A stretch of DNA of 64,000 nucleotides from Patescibacteria group bacterium UBA6017 (GCA_002429485.1 DIZX01000016.1:14889-78888); one strand, 5' to 3'. Positions 1 to 9,438 are shown, numbered from the stretch's first letter. Translations and numbers: made by a program. The notes: generated by a model from the sequence alone, not told the origin.

Positions 1-2
1 TC

Positions 3-161
3 CGAGTGCGGGACTACCCCGATCTCGATCCGGATCTGGTGGGTGAGATCTTGAGCGTGCAGCACCAGTTCGCTGAGGACCGGGCAGAGGCCCGCAAACG
101 CACCGAGCAGCTCATTAACCGCTGGGCCGCCAGCCAACCCGATCCAAGGGCGACCGACTGA
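3..161 (+). CDS. 3' end of a small protein coupled to the ATPase (partial)
   Basis: Open frame RVRDYPDLDPDLVGEILSVQHQFAEDRAEARKRTEQLINRW...; its TGA overlaps the ATG at 161 (TGATG). Confidence 0.7.
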   Translation, partial: RVRDYPDLDPDLVGEILSVQHQFAEDRAEARKRTEQLINRWAASQPDPRATD

Positions 162-2101
162 TGCTCACCCTTGATGGCCTGACGATCCAGGACTTCGGTC
201 CGTATCGCGGACGGCAAGAAATTAAATTCACTCGTGACCGCGGGGTATACATCTTGTACGGGCCGAATGGTCGCGGAAAGACGACGCTGCATAACGCCTT
301 TCGGTACGCGCTGTATGGCGAGATTCTTGGTCGCCGCCGAGCCGAGCAGGCCCGCGAGTTGGCCAACTCTGAGGCTCGCAAGCAGGCGGGCTTCGGCTCG
401 TTTGAGACGACGTTGGACTTTGGGCACCAGGGCGCCCGCTACCGACTGACCCGGCGGTACGACGAGCGCGAGAAACCCCACGAGTTGACGCTCCTGGAAC
501 GCGATGGCGTGCCTATGTCTCAGGATGACTCCGAGAAAGCGCTCCAGGTCATTGCGCCACACTCGGTAAGCCAGTTCTTCCTTTTCGACGGCGAGTTGCT
601 CCGTCAGTACGAAAACCTGCTTGACCGGGACAGTGAAGAAGGGGCTGCTCTGGAGCAATCGATCGAGCGCGTCCTCGGTATCCCGATCGTTGGCAATGCC
701 AAGGCTGACGTCACCGGAGTGTGGCGGCTCGCCGAGAAACAGATGGCCGAGCAGTACGCCGCCCACGATGAGACCCGGCGCATGGGCCTATCGCTCAATG
801 AGGCCCAGGAAGTACGCGCTCGGCTGCAGGAGGGTCACGACGAGATTGCCTTGCGGATCGATACAGCGAAGGAGCGTGTTGCCGAGCTAGAAGGCATGCT
901 GCGCGAGCAGCAGAAGGCCGAGCGTTTGCTAGGCAATCTCGATCGGCTCCGTACCCAGCAAGCGGACTTAGAACTTCGTGAAAAGGAGGGCGTCGATGCT
1001 CTGAACGAGCTGTCCGGCGATCTGTGGAAGGCGGTGCTGGCGCAGTCGGCAGCCGATCGGTTGGTGTCGGTCGACGCCGAGGTGCAGATAGCAGAGACTG
1101 ACCTGCGGTCCGTTGCAGCTGCGGTCAGAGACCTGGCACATCTGCAAGCCGAGCATGACTGCCCCGTCTGTCGCCGTGATGTACCCGAGGACCTACGCAA
1201 TTCGCTGATCGCAAGCTTGGAGGCAACTGCCTCGGACGCCCATCACGAGGCCGTTGACGCTCGCCTTGATCGGGCACGTAGTAAGCGCCGGACGCTGCAG
1301 GTCCTCGCTTCTGAGGACGCGCGCCTCGTCGTAGAGCGGGATCGGAACCTCCGCTCGCTGCGGTTGGAGCGGCAGGAAGTGCGGGAGGACATCGCAGGTC
1401 TCGAGCAGCAGTTGTCCGAGATCGGCGAGGACGAGTTGCGCGCCCTTACCGGTGAGCGAGATCAGCGGCAGGCGCAGATTCTGCGCGACAAGGAACGGCT
1501 TGAGGACAGTGGCGTCAAGCTCCGTGAGCAGGAGCTGGTGATAGAGGATCTGAAGCGCCGCTTGCGCAAGCAGCCCGTGCGGCCCGACCACACAATCGAG
1601 GTGAAGGACCAAGTGAGTCAGGCCTTGATGGGTCTCTTTGGCGGGGCGATTGACGCCTACCGCGTCAAGCTGCGTCGCCGGGTCGAAGAGCGGGCATCGG
1701 AAATCTTCCGCCAGCTCGCTTCCGAGCCGGACTACGTGGGGCTGCGCATCACTGATCGGTATGGGTTGGAGATCATTGACTCCGACGGCGAAGTGGTCAG
1801 GCGATCAGCCGGCTACGAGCACCTGGTTGCCCTGTCCCTGATCGCGGCCCTGCAGGACAGTGCGGCGGTGCGCGGCCCGGTGATCATGGACTACCCGTTT
1901 GGACGGCTTGACACCGACAACACGGCGCATGTCGTGGCAGCCCTGCCGCGTATGGCCCGCCAGGTCATTCTGCTGTCGTTCGATGGAGAGTTCGATCGCC
2001 ACGCGGCTCTGACTGCGCTCGGCAGCAATCTGGTGGCCGAGTATGAGCTAGAGCGCGTCACCTCGAAGCACACTCGCATCCAGCCTCGGAGGACCATCTG
2101 A
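161..2101 (+). CDS. SMC/Rad50-like coiled-coil ABC ATPase, DndD-like
   Basis: Walker A GPNGRGKT, FFLFDGE motif, long coiled coil with central CPVC zinc hook, SAG signature, Walker B/D-loop IMDYPFGRLD. Confidence 0.85.
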   Translation: MLTLDGLTIQDFGPYRGRQEIKFTRDRGVYILYGPNGRGKTTLHNAFRYALYGEILGRRRAEQARELANSEARKQAGFGSFETTLDFGHQGARYRLTRRYDEREKPHELTLLERDGVPMSQDDSEKALQVIAPHSVSQFFLFDGELLRQYENLLDRDSEEGAALEQSIERVLGIPIVGNAKADVTGVWRLAEKQMAEQYAAHDETRRMGLSLNEAQEVRARLQEGHDEIALRIDTAKERVAELEGMLREQQKAERLLGNLDRLRTQQADLELREKEGVDALNELSGDLWKAVLAQSAADRLVSVDAEVQIAETDLRSVAAAVRDLAHLQAEHDCPVCRRDVPEDLRNSLIASLEATASDAHHEAVDARLDRARSKRRTLQVLASEDARLVVERDRNLRSLRLERQEVREDIAGLEQQLSEIGEDELRALTGERDQRQAQILRDKERLEDSGVKLREQELVIEDLKRRLRKQPVRPDHTIEVKDQVSQALMGLFGGAIDAYRVKLRRRVEERASEIFRQLASEPDYVGLRITDRYGLEIIDSDGEVVRRSAGYEHLVALSLIAALQDSAAVRGPVIMDYPFGRLDTDNTAHVVAALPRMARQVILLSFDGEFDRHAALTALGSNLVAEYELERVTSKHTRIQPRRTI

Positions 2102-2484
2102 TGGCCGATCTCAAGAACATCGCTCTGACCATCGAGGCAACCCAGACTGCCACCGACCTCAAGCATTGGCTCGGCATCGTCGAGCAGATGGACCGCATCC
2201 GGCTAGGCTTCGCTTACGCGGTCAGGAACAGCCTGGACCTCACGCGCGATGACACTTTCGGCACCCGGGGCGGTAGTAACTACGACACCGGCGGCCTCGA
2301 CCAGGACGGCCTGATGGCCGAGACCGTAAAGATCTACTATCCGGACCCGGACGTCGCCGCCGAGCCCTACCGCGCCGTTGAGACGCTCATGAATAAGGGC
2401 CTGCGCCTACTCGGGGAGCATTGGCAGCAGGGCCTCATCGGCAGTGTCGGCGATTTGATGGCCAGCGCGGCCGACGCGGAATAG
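2101..2484 (+). CDS. Small DndE-like accessory protein
   Basis: Overlaps the ATPase stop codon; 127 aa; size, position and helical C-terminus resemble DndE-type partners (inference). Confidence 0.55.
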   Translation: MADLKNIALTIEATQTATDLKHWLGIVEQMDRIRLGFAYAVRNSLDLTRDDTFGTRGGSNYDTGGLDQDGLMAETVKIYYPDPDVAAEPYRAVETLMNKGLRLLGEHWQQGLIGSVGDLMASAADAE

Positions 2485-2624
2485 AGTCACTAATTGTGCG
2501 GATTTGTATCCAATAGCACAATCTTGACTTATCCACAGGCCTTTGAAAGAATAAGCGCTAGCGACATTGTCAGCCGGAACTACTCGCAACACTTTATCAC
2601 CGAGCTAATCGTAAGGGCGCACAC

Positions 2625-4409
2625 ATGACCGGCGAGACGAGAACTCCGGACCTTCACCTCTGGTCCGATGAACCGGCAGTAACAGATTTACTTTCCTTCA
2701 GCGCGATCGCTGACACGGTCGTTGACGCCCTCTTCGACGAGAACCTCAATCCTGTGGCGCTTGGCATTTCTGGCGCCTGGGGCAGTGGCAAGACCACCGT
2801 ACTCAACCTGATCGACCAGCGCATCAACGCTCGATCTACAGATCAGCAGACAATCGTTGTGGTCCGCGCCGACCCGTGGCGCTATGACCCGACCAAGGGC
2901 CCGAAGGAGAGCCTGATTGTTGCCGTACTGACGGCACTGCAGGGCGAATTTAAGGGCTCAGATGCGGCCCAGAAGTCCGCCGGTGAGGCGCTCAAGAGGC
3001 TTGCGAAGCGGGTCAACTGGTCGAAAGCCATCAAGATGGCAGCGACCACGGCCCTAACCGCGCAACTTCCTTCGCTGGATGCAGTTATGGGCTTGGTCAG
3101 TGACGAGCCAGAAACGCTCGGTTCCGAGAAGGGCATGGACCAGTTCCGCGAGGAGTTCGAGGCGCTCCTAAAAGAAGAGGCGCTCGCCCACGTCATGCAA
3201 GTGGTCGTCCTGGTGGACGATCTAGACCGCTGCTTGCCAGAAACCGTCGTCGAGACGCTAGAAGCCATCCGGTTGTTCTTGTCGGCGGAGAACATGTCAT
3301 TCGTCATCGCCGCGGATGAGGCCCGAGTTGCAGAGGCGATCCAGCAAAAGCTGCAGATGCCCGACCCGAGCGACGGCACGGAGAGCATTGCCAGCCTTTA
3401 CTTGCACAAGATTGTGCAGACGACGGTGCCGTTGCCAGCCCTCAGCTACTTCGATACTCGCGCCTACCTTTTCTTGCTGCTCGCCCGAATGCAGGTTGAA
3501 ACGGATGTGTTTGGCGCGCTGGTTACCTCGTGCGACGTTCTTCGTATCGACGCCGGAAGCCTTGACGACCTCGCGCTACCAGAGGGTATTGATCTCTCGT
3601 CTCCTATGGCCACAGCCTCAAGACTCACGCCTATTCTCTACGAAAAGTTCCAGGGCAATCCTCGACGCATCAAGCGCTTCATGAACGACCTATATGTTCG
3701 ACAGTCCGTGGCCGCGAGACGGGGTCACAAGCTAGAGCCCGACGCCATCGCCAAGTTGATGGTGATCGAGCGGCTATTCCCGGCTGACTTCGGCGTCCTA
3801 ATGGACTGGCTCGCGTCCGGCAATCTGCGCGGCAAACTAGATGCGCTGCAATTATTCACGAAGGGGGAGCAGCGCGAGAAGGGAAAAGCCGAAGAAACCG
3901 AATTTTCCGGCACGATGTTGCGCTGGGCCAAGCTCCCACCCGAATTCGATACGGCTATGGTCTCGGGATATCTGACACTGGCGGCTGCGTTCCAGGGCCG
4001 TCTCCTAGTAGATGAGTCGCTGTCAGAGTCTCTGCGCGACCTCGCCGCTGCACTGACCTCGAGTTCGCAGGTCGAACGCAGTTCAGTGAAGGACGGTGAG
4101 ATTAAGGCGCTCCCGCCCGGAGACGTCGCGGAGCTGCTCGCCCACTTAGGTAGACGCATGCGCGACGACTCTTCGATCCAGCTCCCGACGGTGAACGCGA
4201 TCGTATCGATCGCTACCCTGCACCCTAGCGAGTTGGGTCGAGCTCAGCGCGCACTGTTGATGTTGCCTGGCAACGATGTTCGGTCATCCAGTGTCCTTAT
4301 CTTCAAAGACCTGACCGCCGACTACGATGATGTGCTCGAGAGCTGGTCGAAGAGCTCGGACGCCACGACGAAGCGGGCGATCTTGTCCGTGCGCAGCAGG
4401 AAGGCCTGA
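2625..4409 (+). CDS. qatA: QatA, KAP-family P-loop NTPase
   Basis: MWSD-like start (LWSDEP), Walker A GAWGSGKT, VDDLDRC, YLHKIVQ, NPRRIKRF; first gene of a four-gene operon. Confidence 0.9.
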   Translation: MTGETRTPDLHLWSDEPAVTDLLSFSAIADTVVDALFDENLNPVALGISGAWGSGKTTVLNLIDQRINARSTDQQTIVVVRADPWRYDPTKGPKESLIVAVLTALQGEFKGSDAAQKSAGEALKRLAKRVNWSKAIKMAATTALTAQLPSLDAVMGLVSDEPETLGSEKGMDQFREEFEALLKEEALAHVMQVVVLVDDLDRCLPETVVETLEAIRLFLSAENMSFVIAADEARVAEAIQQKLQMPDPSDGTESIASLYLHKIVQTTVPLPALSYFDTRAYLFLLLARMQVETDVFGALVTSCDVLRIDAGSLDDLALPEGIDLSSPMATASRLTPILYEKFQGNPRRIKRFMNDLYVRQSVAARRGHKLEPDAIAKLMVIERLFPADFGVLMDWLASGNLRGKLDALQLFTKGEQREKGKAEETEFSGTMLRWAKLPPEFDTAMVSGYLTLAAAFQGRLLVDESLSESLRDLAAALTSSSQVERSSVKDGEIKALPPGDVAELLAHLGRRMRDDSSIQLPTVNAIVSIATLHPSELGRAQRALLMLPGNDVRSSSVLIFKDLTADYDDVLESWSKSSDATTKRAILSVRSRKA

Positions 4410-5227
4410 TGGGAACCAGCGGAGCCTTCAAAGGAAGCGGCGGAAAGGATGCCGGCAGCCTCCGGGACGCCATCAGTGATTGGCTGGGAGGTGCCGACGA
4501 GGCTCAACAGGGTCAAGCCGACACGACCACAACAGACCAGCCGGCCGAACCCGACCACTTGAACCCCAACGCCCTCGCCCCCGCGGCTCGACTCTGGCTG
4601 CGAGGACCATCGGGCGGTTCCAAGGGTTCGGGAAGCGGAGGCGGGGGTGCAACCAGTGGGGGCGGTGGCTCCGCGGGTGGCGGTAGGTCATCTGGTGGTG
4701 TCCAGCGGACAGTCGGACGCGTTTCCGGACCTGCCGGGCGTGCAGGCGCACTGGCACGTGCCTTTGCGACGGGTGACAGCCCGGCGCTAGAAGAAGCGGG
4801 CCTTAACTACGATGAACTTCGCGCGCTCAATGATCCGCTTGAAGTGGGTCGCAAGATCACCGAGGTGGCTTTTGAAGGCCAACCTGACGGCAGTATCGAA
4901 GACGGCGAGGCACGCTTAATCGTAGCTGAGCTCGTCTCGTGGATCATGGATGCGCCTGACGGTGAGCGGCCCAGTCCCGACCAGATTGTCCGCTACTCAA
5001 TCGAACTTATGATTGCTAAAGCAGCCCTTACCGAAGTGGGCGATACGATCCGTAAGCAATCCGACCCCGTCAAGCGCCAAGAAGCTGAAGCAGAAGTGCG
5101 CCGCGGAGCCAAGGTCCTGGCAGGAAAGCTAGATCTTGATGGAGTAGGACCTAGTGCATCGGACATCGCTCGTAGTATCGAGACAAGTGTGCAGCAGCTG
5201 GTCGATATTCACGGGGACCCGACATGA
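4409..5227 (+). CDS. qatB: QatB
   Basis: MGTS N-terminus, Gly-rich linker, helical C-terminus; lies between the KAP NTPase and the QueC-like gene. Confidence 0.82.
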   Translation: MGTSGAFKGSGGKDAGSLRDAISDWLGGADEAQQGQADTTTTDQPAEPDHLNPNALAPAARLWLRGPSGGSKGSGSGGGGATSGGGGSAGGGRSSGGVQRTVGRVSGPAGRAGALARAFATGDSPALEEAGLNYDELRALNDPLEVGRKITEVAFEGQPDGSIEDGEARLIVAELVSWIMDAPDGERPSPDQIVRYSIELMIAKAALTEVGDTIRKQSDPVKRQEAEAEVRRGAKVLAGKLDLDGVGPSASDIARSIETSVQQLVDIHGDPT

Positions 5228-6501
5228 CCCGACTTGCTCTCGTCATGGATCGAACGCGGATACCGGCCGACACGGACGAGGTCTTCCTTTGGGATGGGGG
5301 AGCCGACCAAAGCTTCAAGACTGGGCTCACTCCCACACTTGCAGAACTAGGCGACGTACCCCCGCTCAATGCGGACGCTGTGAGGATCGCGCTTACAGCC
5401 TACGCGGCCGACCACAGCGTGAAGCGGGAACGTGGCGGTTCCAACTGGAATCGTCGGACTTTGGATCTGCTGGTACCGGTCAGTGATCCCGACGTCTGGG
5501 CAGGTGCGGCCACGGAGCTCATCGATGCTCTCAATTTCCTCACCGGTGACAATTGGAGCCTAAGATTCGTCCAGCATGAAGTTGAGGACAACCAGCACCA
5601 GCTTCTCGCCGATGCACCAGCCCGCGTCGTTTTACTCAGCGGGGGTGCCGATTCGGGAACGGGTGCGGTCATCTCTGCGAGTTCTCTTACACTCAACGAG
5701 TCGCACATTCTCGTATCTCATTCGAGTTCGGGCGCAACCAGCGGTGCGCAGAGAGCCGTCCATGACCGCCTCGAAGCTCTCTTCCCGGGAAAGCAGCCTA
5801 TCCATCGCCAAATCTTCATAGGTCGGGCCAAGAAACGAATCGATGGTACGAACTATCCAGACGAACCATCCAGCCGATCGAGATCATTCTTATTTCTGAC
5901 GCTTGGTCTGGCGGCCGCTGCCCGGTCGGGAGCCACCCTCTGGATCCCAGAGAACGGGTTTGCATCACTAAACCCTCCGCTCGGTCCTGAGCGACTGGGT
6001 GCACTCTCCACTAGGACAACGCACCCATGGTTCCTTTGGAGGCTCCAACAGGCCCTCTCGAAAGTCGGCGCGCACGCCGATCTCGAGAATCCCTTCCAAC
6101 TCGAGACGAAAGGCGAGATGTTTACGCGCGCCTCGGGTGTCCTCGGGAAAGATGGCGCGTCCGCGTTTCTCAGCACTACAAACTCGTGTTCTCACACCGA
6201 CCAGAACTACCAAGGCGTGCCGAGTGGAACTCACTGTGGTGTCTGCTTCGGATGCATCGTCAGGCGCGCTTCCTTCAAGGCCTCCGGGCTCCATGACCAG
6301 ACCCGGTACTTGAGTGCCGAGAGCCGCTACGCCACGTATACCGCGAGCCATTCCATCGTGGAAGCGGTCCGGGACTTCGTAACCCGTGGAATCGACGACG
6401 CCACTGTGCTTGCTATGCCCCTGCCTCCAGGCCTGCTAGCTGGCGGAGCAAAGGAGCTGTGCGTACGCGGCTTGAATGAAATGGAGTCCTACCTGGCATG
6501 A
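5224..6501 (+). CDS. qatC: QatC, QueC-like PP-loop protein
   Basis: LLSGGADS PP-loop, RSRSFLF, IPENG, STRTTHP, TKGEM, SC...HCGVCFGC zinc motif. Confidence 0.9.
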   Translation: MTRLALVMDRTRIPADTDEVFLWDGGADQSFKTGLTPTLAELGDVPPLNADAVRIALTAYAADHSVKRERGGSNWNRRTLDLLVPVSDPDVWAGAATELIDALNFLTGDNWSLRFVQHEVEDNQHQLLADAPARVVLLSGGADSGTGAVISASSLTLNESHILVSHSSSGATSGAQRAVHDRLEALFPGKQPIHRQIFIGRAKKRIDGTNYPDEPSSRSRSFLFLTLGLAAAARSGATLWIPENGFASLNPPLGPERLGALSTRTTHPWFLWRLQQALSKVGAHADLENPFQLETKGEMFTRASGVLGKDGASAFLSTTNSCSHTDQNYQGVPSGTHCGVCFGCIVRRASFKASGLHDQTRYLSAESRYATYTASHSIVEAVRDFVTRGIDDATVLAMPLPPGLLAGGAKELCVRGLNEMESYLA

Positions 6502-7274
6502 AGTTGCCACCACTCGACACGCATGCACACGTGGCTCTCGAGGTCCCGACGCGGGACCTCGAGAGCCTCGGCGCAGCGGTGTTGATCGCTACGCGCAGCG
6601 CAGACGAGTTTGAGAGGGTTAGAGCACGGCATGACCTGGTGAGTGTTTGGGGGCTCGGGTGCCACCCTTCACTGGTTGGTGTCCAGCGATCGTTCGATAG
6701 CGAAAAATTTCGCGCCTTACTTGAATTCACACCATACGTCGCCGAAGTTGGGCTTGATGGGGATTCTCGGGTTCCGCTGGAAAATCAGACCGAAACGCTG
6801 AAAGCTATCCTTGATTGCGTTCGACAAATGCCCAGGGTCGTTTCACTGCACAGCTTCCGCGCGACCACGGACCTACTTAGGGTCCTTGATGTTCAGGATG
6901 GCACGTCGGCCCTCATCCTTCATTGGTGGCTTGGCACGAGGGAGGAGACGACGTGGGCGCTCGAGCTCGGCTGTTACTTCTCGGTCAACTACTCGATGAT
7001 TCGCTCGACGAGCCAATGGCGACAAATTCCACTCGACCGTTTACTTGTCGAGACCGACCATCCATCGGGAGACCGGTTCTCGAGCAGCCCGCGGCAGCCG
7101 GGCCGCGTTCAGGACGTCGAGCGGGCTCTCGGAAAACTCCACGGCCTAAGTGTTGAGAAGGTCCGACTCCAACTCTGGCAGAACTTCGCAGCACTGACAT
7201 CGGCGACCAGTACAGCGCAGATGCTGCCCATCCCCCTACGCAAGATGATCGCGTTCGCACAACAGTCCCAGTAG
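6498..7274 (+). CDS. qatD: QatD, TatD-family nuclease
   Basis: DTHAH, GCHP, EVGLD, SLHS, LHW, ETDHP motifs. Confidence 0.9.
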   Translation: MKLPPLDTHAHVALEVPTRDLESLGAAVLIATRSADEFERVRARHDLVSVWGLGCHPSLVGVQRSFDSEKFRALLEFTPYVAEVGLDGDSRVPLENQTETLKAILDCVRQMPRVVSLHSFRATTDLLRVLDVQDGTSALILHWWLGTREETTWALELGCYFSVNYSMIRSTSQWRQIPLDRLLVETDHPSGDRFSSSPRQPGRVQDVERALGKLHGLSVEKVRLQLWQNFAALTSATSTAQMLPIPLRKMIAFAQQSQ

Positions 7275-7396
7275 ACACCTGATTGATTTTCGGGGGGGGG
7301 GTAACCTCTTGGCATTCTTAACCGGATACCCCCATGCCCAATCAAGAAGACATGTAGCTAGATCTGACGCGCCGAAGGCATGCGTCTACTTGATCT

Positions 7397-7846
7397 TCAT
7401 GTCCCTTTTTGATCGTGTGGTTGACGCATGACCACGCCCCGCCCACGTAACGCCCTCCAGACCGTGGCGCCAGCGACCTCGAACCGTTCGCCCAGCCGGG
7501 CCAGCGACCACCCCTCGCCGTAGAGGCGGACGGCCCGTTCGACCTGCCCTGGGTCGAGGCCTCGTTGTCGAGTCGGCACTCCGGCTCGCCTGATGATCTC
7601 GGAGACCGTCACTCGGTGGATGCCGTGGGCGGCGGCAAGATCCTTCATGTTCGCGCCCGCTACGTACGCCAGGACAATCTCGGTCTGATCGGCGTACGCC
7701 AGTCGGCGCTGTGGCGTGACGTTCAGGCGGACAGCTCCGGAGCTGCTCGGGCCCGGCAACTTCGCCCGGTCTGCCATTGCCTCGTCCGCAAGCGTGACTA
7801 TTTGGGCCGCGAGGGGGTTCGATAGACAACCCCTCAGTTCCACCAT
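7397..7846 (-). CDS. Tandem helix-turn-helix protein whose 5' end lies in the att remnant
   Basis: Two HTH-like repeats (YVAGANMKDLAAAHGIHRVTVSEII; YGEGWSLARLGERFEVAGATVWRAL); MVELRG start is the antisense of ...CTCAGTTCCACCAT. Confidence 0.7.
   Translation of the reverse strand: MVELRGCLSNPLAAQIVTLADEAMADRAKLPGPSSSGAVRLNVTPQRRLAYADQTEIVLAYVAGANMKDLAAAHGIHRVTVSEIIRRAGVPTRQRGLDPGQVERAVRLYGEGWSLARLGERFEVAGATVWRALRGRGVVMRQPHDQKGT
7830..7845 (+). repeat. att remnant 1: tRNA-Ala/tmRNA-like 3' end
   Basis: CCCCTCAGTTCCACCA preceded by GGTTCGA; acceptor strand compatible with G3:U70 and an A discriminator plus CCA; sits at the GC boundary. Confidence 0.75.
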
Positions 7847-7925
7847 TTAGTTCTTTTTACTTTCTCCGAGTTTTCATTAGCTATTCATCTAGAGTCGTGA
7901 TGCTCTTTTTGGTATACTGCCAGGC

Positions 7926-8495
7926 ATGAATCTTATCTTCTCTACCGGTAACTCGGACAAATTCCATACAGCACATAGGGTACTTGAAGAAGCAGGCATA
8001 ACGCTTACACAAGAAAAACTCGATATAGACGAAATCCAGGCCGAGGAGGGCAATGCAATTATCCTAGACAAGTCTGCGAAGGCTTATAGCCTATTATGCC
8101 AGCCAGTAGTAGTCAGTGATGATTCGTGGTCAATCCCAGGCCTGGGCGGCTTCCCCGGACCTTACATGAAATCGATTAATGCGTGGTTCAAGGCGGAAGA
8201 TTTCGAACACCTCACTCGCCCGCTCGAAGACCGTCGAGTCTTTCTGACCAACCGGCTCGCCTACAATGATGGTCATCAGATAAAACTCTTTCACAATCAT
8301 CGTGAGGGAATTCTGCTCAAAGCAAGCCGCGGCCACAGTAGTCATCTGAGCCATCAATTTATTGTGATGGAGGGCGATAATGGGCTGAGTCAGGCCGAGG
8401 CTTACAATCAAGGCGTCGACCAAAACAACCTCGAAAGAGCCGCCATCTGGAGGCAACTAGAGGGTTGGCTAAGGTCTAACATAAAAGCTTCATAG
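7926..8495 (+). CDS. Ham1/ITPase-family non-canonical purine NTP pyrophosphatase (divergent)
   Basis: FSTGNSDKF, IDEIQ, VVVSDDS, LGGFPGPYMK. Confidence 0.85.
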   Translation: MNLIFSTGNSDKFHTAHRVLEEAGITLTQEKLDIDEIQAEEGNAIILDKSAKAYSLLCQPVVVSDDSWSIPGLGGFPGPYMKSINAWFKAEDFEHLTRPLEDRRVFLTNRLAYNDGHQIKLFHNHREGILLKASRGHSSHLSHQFIVMEGDNGLSQAEAYNQGVDQNNLERAAIWRQLEGWLRSNIKAS

Positions 8496-8500
8496 AACCT

Positions 8501-8543
8501 CTAAGCGAATCGCAGTGCTAACAGCGCCCACAATGCTCCACCA
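8501..8543 (+). repeat. att remnant 2 (43-nt repeat)
   Basis: CTAAGCGAATCGCAGTGCTAACAGCGCCCACAATGCTCCACCA; 33/43 identical to 9396-9438 without gaps. Confidence 0.85.
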
Positions 8544-8598
8544 GTTTAGTTTCGTATATTTTTTCGTCCGGCGATAAGCACTTGGTATAATCGAAAGT

Positions 8599-9381
8599 AT
8601 GAATAATCCCGACTCAGACCTCCTTCAACTACTGAAGTCCGCACCAGAGCGCATCGGCTGGGATTTTAGTCGTATAAAAGATGACGTTGAGCCTCGCCCA
8701 TGGGATTATCTATCGATTGTCAAAGCCTGGTTATCTAAGTCTGACCACGTTCTAGACTTAGATACAGGTGGGGGTGAAAAATTTATTGCCTTAGCCGACT
8801 GCTACAAGTCTGGCTTTGCAACCGACTCGTCCGCCGAGCAGATTCAAGTTTGCAATCAAAATCTAGCCGTATCATTACGGAATAATATTCAGTTTGTGCA
8901 GTCCGACGCCCGCAAACTTACTGCGTTTGATGATGCCTCTTTCGATAAAGTCATCAATCGTCACGGCGCATTCTCATTGGCTGAGGCTTATAGAGTTCTC
9001 AAGCCAGGTGGGATATTTATTACTCAACAAGTTGGCGAAAAGAATACCTTGAACGTTTACGGCGCCTTTGGGTACTCGGACGCCACCGCCTATTGGCGTT
9101 CACGCGATGTCGAGACGGAGACTTGGTCGAGCATTGTAGAAGGGCTGATAAAGTCGGATTTCGAAGTGGTAGCGAAAGGCGAGTACAATTTAGATTATTA
9201 CTTCCTTGGCAACGAGAGTTTTATTTTTTGGCTGAAAGCGATCGAGATACCGTATCCTTTCGAACCGGAACAGCACGTTGAAATCATAAAAAAGTTCATT
9301 GCTGAAAACCAAACTGAACGGGGCATTAAAACCAATGAGCAGAGGCATCTGCTCATTTTACGGAAACCTAGGCATAACTAG
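8599..9381 (+). CDS. Class I SAM-dependent methyltransferase
   Basis: GWDFS, VLDLDTGGGE, FDKVINRH, RVLKPGGIFITQQVG. Confidence 0.88.
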   Translation: MNNPDSDLLQLLKSAPERIGWDFSRIKDDVEPRPWDYLSIVKAWLSKSDHVLDLDTGGGEKFIALADCYKSGFATDSSAEQIQVCNQNLAVSLRNNIQFVQSDARKLTAFDDASFDKVINRHGAFSLAEAYRVLKPGGIFITQQVGEKNTLNVYGAFGYSDATAYWRSRDVETETWSSIVEGLIKSDFEVVAKGEYNLDYYFLGNESFIFWLKAIEIPYPFEPEQHVEIIKKFIAENQTERGIKTNEQRHLLILRKPRHN

Positions 9382-9395
9382 CCCAACCCCTGCAT

Positions 9396-9438
9396 CTGAG
9401 CGTATCGTAGTTCGAACAACGTTAACCATGCTCCACCA
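9396..9438 (+). repeat. att remnant 3 (43-nt repeat)
   Basis: CTGAGCGTATCGTAGTTCGAACAACGTTAACCATGCTCCACCA. Confidence 0.85.

Larger units (their letters stand above)
1..7845. mobile_element. Right-hand part of a GC-rich integrated defence island ending at a tRNA/tmRNA 3'-end remnant
   Basis: Abrupt drop in GC and change of codon style after 7845; boundary sequence CCCCTCAGTTCCACCA (7830-7845); defence cargo. The integrase is not in the window. Confidence 0.8.

Noticed and set aside
2529-2537. DnaA box TTATCCACA upstream of qatA
   Set aside because: Single copy with no cluster or dnaA nearby; compatible with chance.
7292-7301. G10 tract as a phase-variation site
   Set aside because: Lies between convergent gene ends, not in a coding frame or an evident promoter.
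7816-7845. Complete tRNA gene
   Set aside because: Only a T-loop-like GGTTCGA and the acceptor 3' strand are present; no D or anticodon arm. It also differs from the tRNA-Ala(GGC) end at 13403.
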